Positions 24,759-29,874 of a stretch of DNA of 29,874 bases are shown piece by piece. This DNA comes from a virus. Taxonomy: Duplodnaviria > Caudoviricetes. The translations under genes were made by a program, and so were the position numbers. The notes under the pieces were generated by a model that was not told where the DNA came from, did not search any database, and saw only the letters and a list, made by a program, of their open reading frames with translations. The stretch covers positions 1 to 29,874 of the IMG/VR virus record IMGVR_UViG_3300011334_000137; one strand, written 5' to 3'. Position 1 is the first letter of the stretch. Every line of letters begins with the position of its first letter.

Positions 24759-26752
24759 ATGATTTAGTAATATTAAACTTTCAAATGGCAAGGCAACCCG
24801 AATATAGAGAAAAGAGGGGTAAGGGATATATTGAGTTCGGTGAGAAGAACGATTATCCAAACTACTTGCTTTCTCTTTACAATAAGTCTGCAAAGCATAA
24901 CGCAATCGTTAAAGGCAAGGTTAATTACATCATAGGAAACGGATGGAAGGCAGATGAGGCAGACCCGATTGCAGAGCAGTTCATTGCTCAACCTAATCAG
25001 TTTGAATCTTTGAACGATTTAACAAGGAAGGTATCTATTGACATTGAAATCTTTGGAGGTGCTTATCTTGAGGTTATTTGGTCTTTAACGGGTGGCAAGT
25101 TAGTTGATGTACTTCATATTGACTATACCAAAATAAGGTCTAACACGGATAATACGCAGTTTTGGTATAAGAAAGATTGGAATGAGAGGAAGGATGAGGC
25201 ATTCGCCATGATGGCATTTAACACCCAAGTCCGTCAAGGTAAGCAGATACTTTATGTAAAAGAATATAGACCAGGTCTTGACACTTATGCATTGCCTGGT
25301 TATATGGGTGCATTGAACTATATTGAATCCGATATTGAAGTCAGCAGACACGTTTTGGGGAATGCTCAAACGGGATTCAGTGCATCCAAACTTATTACCC
25401 TTCCCAATGGTGAACCTTCTCCCGATGAGAAACGTAACATTGAAAGAAGATTTACGGATAGGTTTAGCGGTTCTGATGGCAAGAAGTTTATCTTGTCATT
25501 TACAACTGACCCTGCAAGGAAGCCTATTATTGAGGACCTCGGTGCATCCGATATAACTAAAGAGGATTTCACAAGGGTTGATTTAATTATTCAGAATAAC
25601 CTTTTCGCAGGTCATCAAATTACTTCTCCCAGTCTTTTCGGTATTGCCGAACCTGGGCAACTTGGTTCAAGAACGCAGATGCGTGATTCTTATGAGATAT
25701 TTAAGAATACTTATGTAAACGATAAGCAACAATTTATTGAATCAGTTTTCAATCAACTTGCAAGGCTTAAAGGTGCAACCTCTGATATAAATATCATCCC
25801 AGTAGAACCTATTGGCTTTGAGTTAAGCGAGGCAGCACTTTTGCAGATTGCACCTAAAGAGTGGTTATTGGAGAAGGCAGGTATTGATGTATCTAAATAT
25901 CAGCCAGTGTTAGATGAAAACATTACAAATCAACCAACAGTAGACCAAGTACAAGCAGAGGTAAACGATAACCTAAAAAACCTTAGTGGTAGACAATATC
26001 AGCAACTGATGAGGGTTATCAGGCAGTTTTCTCAAGGTAAAATTACCAAGGAGATTGCAACCACTATGCTCAAAGCAGGTCTTGGTATGAAGGATGATGA
26101 GATTAATACCATGCTTGGTATTGATGATGACCCTTCAACTGATGACTTCCAATTTTCTGCATTGGATGAGGACACAGTTATCGGAATGTTTAGTGAATGC
26201 GGAGAACCAAAGTGCAATTATAACATATTGCATTCAAAGGCGGTATTTAGTGCGAGAGAAGCATTTGCAGAGGATTCCTTGATAGATAAAGCATTGGATA
26301 AACAAATCCTTGCCTTGATAGATAAAGACCCAAAAATAAGCATAGATGACCTTGCAGGGGCAACCAAGAAAACCCGTGAGGTAATACAAGGGAGATTGAG
26401 TTACTTGGTTGAATCGGGTGCAATTAATTATGACCCAAAGATAGAGGAAAGGAAACTTACCAAACCATTAAGCAAGTTGGTTGATGATATGGAGGTTACA
26501 ACCTTTGAGGTTAGATACTCTTATGAGTGGAAACCTATTGTCCCATCATATCAACGTGATACCAACGCACATCCTTCAAGGCAGTTTTGCAGGAAGTTGA
26601 TGGAGGTTGATAAATTTTGGACAAGGAAAGGAATTGAGATGCTAAGTGCAAGGCTTGGTTACTCTGTTTTTGATAGAGGCGGTGGTTGGTGGGGAGATTC
26701 ACCAAGTTGCAGACATGAGTGGCGTAGAAACGTAGTAGTTAAAAAGAAATAA
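24755..26752 (+). CDS. Portal protein with C-terminal extra domains
   Basis: Portal-like N-terminal ~380 aa (H.AI...K...I.G.G, P.Y, HQITSP.LFGI), followed by wHTH-like and Cys/His segments. Confidence 0.8.
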   Translation: MNDLVILNFQMARQPEYREKRGKGYIEFGEKNDYPNYLLSLYNKSAKHNAIVKGKVNYIIGNGWKADEADPIAEQFIAQPNQFESLNDLTRKVSIDIEIFGGAYLEVIWSLTGGKLVDVLHIDYTKIRSNTDNTQFWYKKDWNERKDEAFAMMAFNTQVRQGKQILYVKEYRPGLDTYALPGYMGALNYIESDIEVSRHVLGNAQTGFSASKLITLPNGEPSPDEKRNIERRFTDRFSGSDGKKFILSFTTDPARKPIIEDLGASDITKEDFTRVDLIIQNNLFAGHQITSPSLFGIAEPGQLGSRTQMRDSYEIFKNTYVNDKQQFIESVFNQLARLKGATSDINIIPVEPIGFELSEAALLQIAPKEWLLEKAGIDVSKYQPVLDENITNQPTVDQVQAEVNDNLKNLSGRQYQQLMRVIRQFSQGKITKEIATTMLKAGLGMKDDEINTMLGIDDDPSTDDFQFSALDEDTVIGMFSECGEPKCNYNILHSKAVFSAREAFAEDSLIDKALDKQILALIDKDPKISIDDLAGATKKTREVIQGRLSYLVESGAINYDPKIEERKLTKPLSKLVDDMEVTTFEVRYSYEWKPIVPSYQRDTNAHPSRQFCRKLMEVDKFWTRKGIEMLSARLGYSVFDRGGGWWGDSPSCRHEWRRNVVVKKK

Positions 26753-26753
26753 G

Positions 26754-27347
26754 ATGAGCAGAAACATATTGTTTATTTCGGTAGACACGATTAAAGATAG
26801 AACGGGACTTCATGTAAATGTAGACCCTAAGTTGGTATTCCCTGACATATTGTATGCCCAAGATGCATACATTCTCCCTGCTCTTGGTACTGCACTTTAT
26901 GAGAAGTTGCAGACTGGAATTGAGTGCGGAGATTTGACTTGCGATGAGGAAACCTTGTTAAATACCTACATAACACCTTGTCTTGTTTACTATGTTATGA
27001 GTGAGTTGCCTATGGCTTTGTCATATCAATTCTATAATAAAGGGATAGTAAGGAAGTCGGGAGATAACCAAACAGAACCGAGTGCATCAGAGTTGGCAGA
27101 TGTAGCGAATAGGTATTCAGCAAGAGCAGAATTTTACAAGCAAAGGTTGATTAAATACCTAAAGCAAGAATCACAAGCAAGTGCGAAGTTCCCTGAGTAC
27201 ATTAACCCTGGCACTGGAGTAGATACCATTGTCCCTGACAATGATGCCTATACTACTACCATTTGGCTTGGTGATTATGACTGCGGAAGGTATAAAACTT
27301 TTGAAGAAAAATATCAAGGAGATATAAATCGTTGTTGTGGCGAATAA
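26754..27347 (+). CDS. Putative head-tail connector/adaptor
   Basis: Helical protein after the portal, with AQ...I...LG..LY.KL. Confidence 0.6.
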   Translation: MSRNILFISVDTIKDRTGLHVNVDPKLVFPDILYAQDAYILPALGTALYEKLQTGIECGDLTCDEETLLNTYITPCLVYYVMSELPMALSYQFYNKGIVRKSGDNQTEPSASELADVANRYSARAEFYKQRLIKYLKQESQASAKFPEYINPGTGVDTIVPDNDAYTTTIWLGDYDCGRYKTFEEKYQGDINRCCGE

Positions 27348-27495
27348 GACATATAGTAAAAAGAACCAAGATAAACTGAAAGTCTATCTTGAAAAAATAA
27401 AAAAGGATGACCCTAAACCAAACAATAAAGACAATAGAGGACTTGGGAAATGCACACCAACAAATCAAAACAACCTTTTACGGGAACGCATTTGA
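27337..27495 (+). CDS. Possible small basic protein (GTG start)
   Basis: MANKTYSKKNQDKLKVYLEKIKK... bridges the 59 nt gap but overlaps the next gene by 89 nt. Confidence 0.3.
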   Translation: MANKTYSKKNQDKLKVYLEKIKKDDPKPNNKDNRGLGKCTPTNQNNLLRERI

Positions 27496-27853
27496 TTTTT
27501 TGAGTAGGGGTGCAGATAACACCTATCCTGCTTTCTTTTTTGACATAACGGGGGCATCTATCAATGGTAAGACCTCAACCTTAAACTTTACCTTATTCTT
27601 CTGTGATAGGGTTCTTCCCGAGCAATCAAATGAGCAAGAGGTTTTATCGGACCAATTACTAACTGCTCAGGATATTATCGCACAACTTCACTACAACGAT
27701 TTTGATTTTGTTTTGCAAGATGCGGTTACACTTGACTTCTTTACAGAGGACACCCCCGAATACTTGGCAGGTGTATCAGCAACAATATCACTTGATTTAC
27801 CATATTTACAAAATAGGTGCGTAGTTCCAACAGACTACACATATCCATCATAA
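27407..27853 (+). CDS. Putative tail terminator protein
   Basis: 148 aa acidic alpha/beta protein with YP motif, after the connector. Confidence 0.55.
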   Translation: MTLNQTIKTIEDLGNAHQQIKTTFYGNAFDFLSRGADNTYPAFFFDITGASINGKTSTLNFTLFFCDRVLPEQSNEQEVLSDQLLTAQDIIAQLHYNDFDFVLQDAVTLDFFTEDTPEYLAGVSATISLDLPYLQNRCVVPTDYTYPS

Positions 27854-27873
27854 ATCTATTTAAAAGAAAAGAA

Positions 27874-28221
27874 ATGGCATCAGATTTTAGACCTGGGAAA
27901 CTTGATATCCAAATGTGGAGGAATGATACTTGGCAGCAGGTGTTTACTCTCTTGGCAGATACTACACCAATCAGCCTACTCGGTGCAACTGTTTACATTC
28001 AGGTCCGTAAAGGTTGTGGAGGTACTCTTGCCTTGACCTTGACTAATGGAAGCGGTATAACAATCGGAGGTGTAAGTAATAACCAAATCACAGTCAACAA
28101 GTTGGTAGATATTGCAAAGGGTAATTACGTTTGGGATATGCAGGTAACCTTTACAAGCAATGTGGTCAAGACATACCTTGAAGGTGATTTTATTGTTTAT
28201 GACGATGTAACTAAACCATAA
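27874..28221 (+). CDS. Small beta-sandwich tail-fibre-associated protein (BppU-like)
   Basis: Y.WDMQV....V.TY.EG.F.V...VT pattern, upstream of the fibre gene. Confidence 0.55.
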   Translation: MASDFRPGKLDIQMWRNDTWQQVFTLLADTTPISLLGATVYIQVRKGCGGTLALTLTNGSGITIGGVSNNQITVNKLVDIAKGNYVWDMQVTFTSNVVKTYLEGDFIVYDDVTKP

Positions 28222-28226
28222 TTGAG

Positions 28227-29874
28227 ATGAGTATTGATGTAAATGTTCAGAATGATTTAGTTATAGTAACGGAAACAACTGAGGACATAGTTGTCAATGT
28301 AAGCAACGCAGCAGGTCCTGCTGGTCCTGCAGGTGCTAATGGTGTGGGTGTTCCCGTTGGTGGAACTACTGGTCAAGTGCTAAAGAAGTTTACAAATACG
28401 AATTACGATACATATTGGGCAGCAGATGCCTCTGGATTGACCTCGGTTGGTCTTTCTATGCCTTCAGCATTTGCGGTCAGCAATTCGCCTCTAACAAGCA
28501 ATGGAACACTTTCGGTAACGGGTGCAGGTACATCAGCACAATATGTAAGAGGTGATGGTCAACTTGCCAACTTCCCTACAAGTGGTGGAGGTGGTTCATC
28601 GGTTAATTACTATCTCAATGGTAGTGTTTCACAAGGAACATTTGGAGGTGATACTTACTATGAGATGAGTAAGACACCCATTATTGGTGCAGGGACTAAC
28701 TTTACAAGGACTAACGCACAAGGAAATGGTTATATAGCATCATTTATAACTGATGCAGGTGACCCTGCTTTGTTGAACATTCCGGGAGGGAATTGGAATC
28801 TTGAGTTTTATTTTCAAGCAAGTAGTAGTGGTAGTACTCCTTCTTTTTATGCTGAACTATACAAAGTAAGTTCATCAAACGTATTTACACTTATTACAAG
28901 TGGTTCTACTAATCCTGAAGGGATTACACAAGGGACTGTGGTTGACCAATACTTTACATCAATACCCGTTCCTCAAACGACATTACTTGCTACCGATAGG
29001 ATAGCAATAAGAATCTTTGTAACACCAAGTGGAAGGACTATAACATTACATACCGAGAATAGTAATCTTTGTGAAGTTCTTACAACATTTTCAACGGGAT
29101 TAAACGCACTTAACGGACTTACTGCACAAGTACAATACTTTGCAACGGGAACAAGTGGGACTGACTTTGCAATCAGTTCAGCAACTGACACACATACTTT
29201 CAACCTCCCCACCGCATCAGCAACTAATAGAGGTGCATTAAGCAGTGCTGATTGGAGTACATTTAATGGTAAGGTTGGCGGTAGCGGTGCAACGGGTCAA
29301 GTTGCATATTGGAATGGAACTAATAGTCAGACTGGTTCAAACAATCTGTTTTGGGATGCTGCTAATGCGAGGTTGGGGATTGGGACTAATGCACCAACTG
29401 AAAAATTACAAATTGTTGGCGGTTTTACTGCATCTGCAAATTCGTTTATTAGTGCAGGTAACTTATCAATATTTACCACAAACACTCCAAGAAGATTAAA
29501 TCTTCAAGTAGCAAATGGTAGCAAGGCAGCAGCAATAGGTATAGAGGCAGGAGGTACAATCCATTCTGTAATAGGCGCTGACACATCGGGTACTGATTAT
29601 CTACAAGTAGCATCAAGGGCAGGGATTGCATTTTATTCAGGTTCAACAATTGGTAACATTGTTACTGACCCTACTAATGAGAGGATGCGATTGACTACAT
29701 TAGGTCGCTTATTATTGGGAACAACCACAGAGAGTACATACTTACTTGATGTCAACGGCACTGCGAGGGTGAGTGGGGCGAGTACGTTTGCAAGGATAAC
29801 TGCAACAACAAGTGGAATTGAATTAGATTACAATTCTGGTATTTTATATCATGCTGGAGGTAGTGGAAGTTATT
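28227..29874 (+). CDS. Tail fibre protein, 3'-truncated
   Basis: MSIDVNVQND...GPAGPAGANG..GGTTGQVL.K. Gly/Thr/Ser-rich with LGIGT..P and ERMR motifs. Runs off the window end, so it is absent from the ORF track. Confidence 0.85.
   Translation, partial: MSIDVNVQNDLVIVTETTEDIVVNVSNAAGPAGPAGANGVGVPVGGTTGQVLKKFTNTNYDTYWAADASGLTSVGLSMPSAFAVSNSPLTSNGTLSVTGAGTSAQYVRGDGQLANFPTSGGGGSSVNYYLNGSVSQGTFGGDTYYEMSKTPIIGAGTNFTRTNAQGNGYIASFITDAGDPALLNIPGGNWNLEFYFQASSSGSTPSFYAELYKVSSSNVFTLITSGSTNPEGITQGTVVDQYFTSIPVPQTTLLATDRIAIRIFVTPSGRTITLHTENSNLCEVLTTFSTGLNALNGLTAQVQYFATGTSGTDFAISSATDTHTFNLPTASATNRGALSSADWSTFNGKVGGSGATGQVAYWNGTNSQTGSNNLFWDAANARLGIGTNAPTEKLQIVGGFTASANSFISAGNLSIFTTNTPRRLNLQVANGSKAAAIGIEAGGTIHSVIGADTSGTDYLQVASRAGIAFYSGSTIGNIVTDPTNERMRLTTLGRLLLGTTTESTYLLDVNGTARVSGASTFARITATTSGIELDYNSGILYHAGGSGSY

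Noticed and set aside
525-29212. Minus-strand ORFs and nested alternate-frame ORFs in the track
   Set aside because: They overlap well-supported + strand genes and show no recognisable motifs.
1-29874. tRNA/rRNA genes, integrase, reverse transcriptase or DGR repeats
   Set aside because: None recognised by eye. A tRNAscan-SE run and a self-alignment would be needed to exclude them formally.

Overview
Roughly 30 kb of a tailed dsDNA phage (siphovirus-like) genome. All credible genes are on the + strand. Repeated TTTG-N18/19-TAnnTTTG promoters point to a Bacteroidota host. Gene order: end of a lysozyme and a metallophosphoesterase; an early/replication block (Cro-like HTH, ssDNA-annealing protein, SSB-like protein, DUF4373-type initiator with internal iterons, VRR-NUC, sigma-like factor); three glycosyltransferases and a methyltransferase; TerS/TerL; a 1.8 kb accessory island; then morphogenesis genes in non-canonical order, ending in a truncated tail fibre. 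The most striking signals are non-coding. (1) A ~300-nt densely paired, apparently pseudoknotted RNA-like region sits directly upstream of a small HNH nuclease. (2) A two-hairpin kissing-loop leader occurs twice with different sequence, once before the replication initiator and once before the RNA+HNH unit. (3) The island carries duplicated promoter cassettes and a G-tract triplet. (4) There is a likely -1 frameshift with a long dual-coding overlap. (5) A candidate late promoter, CTATTTA, precedes four structural genes. All pairings and family calls were made by eye; no folding program or database search was run.
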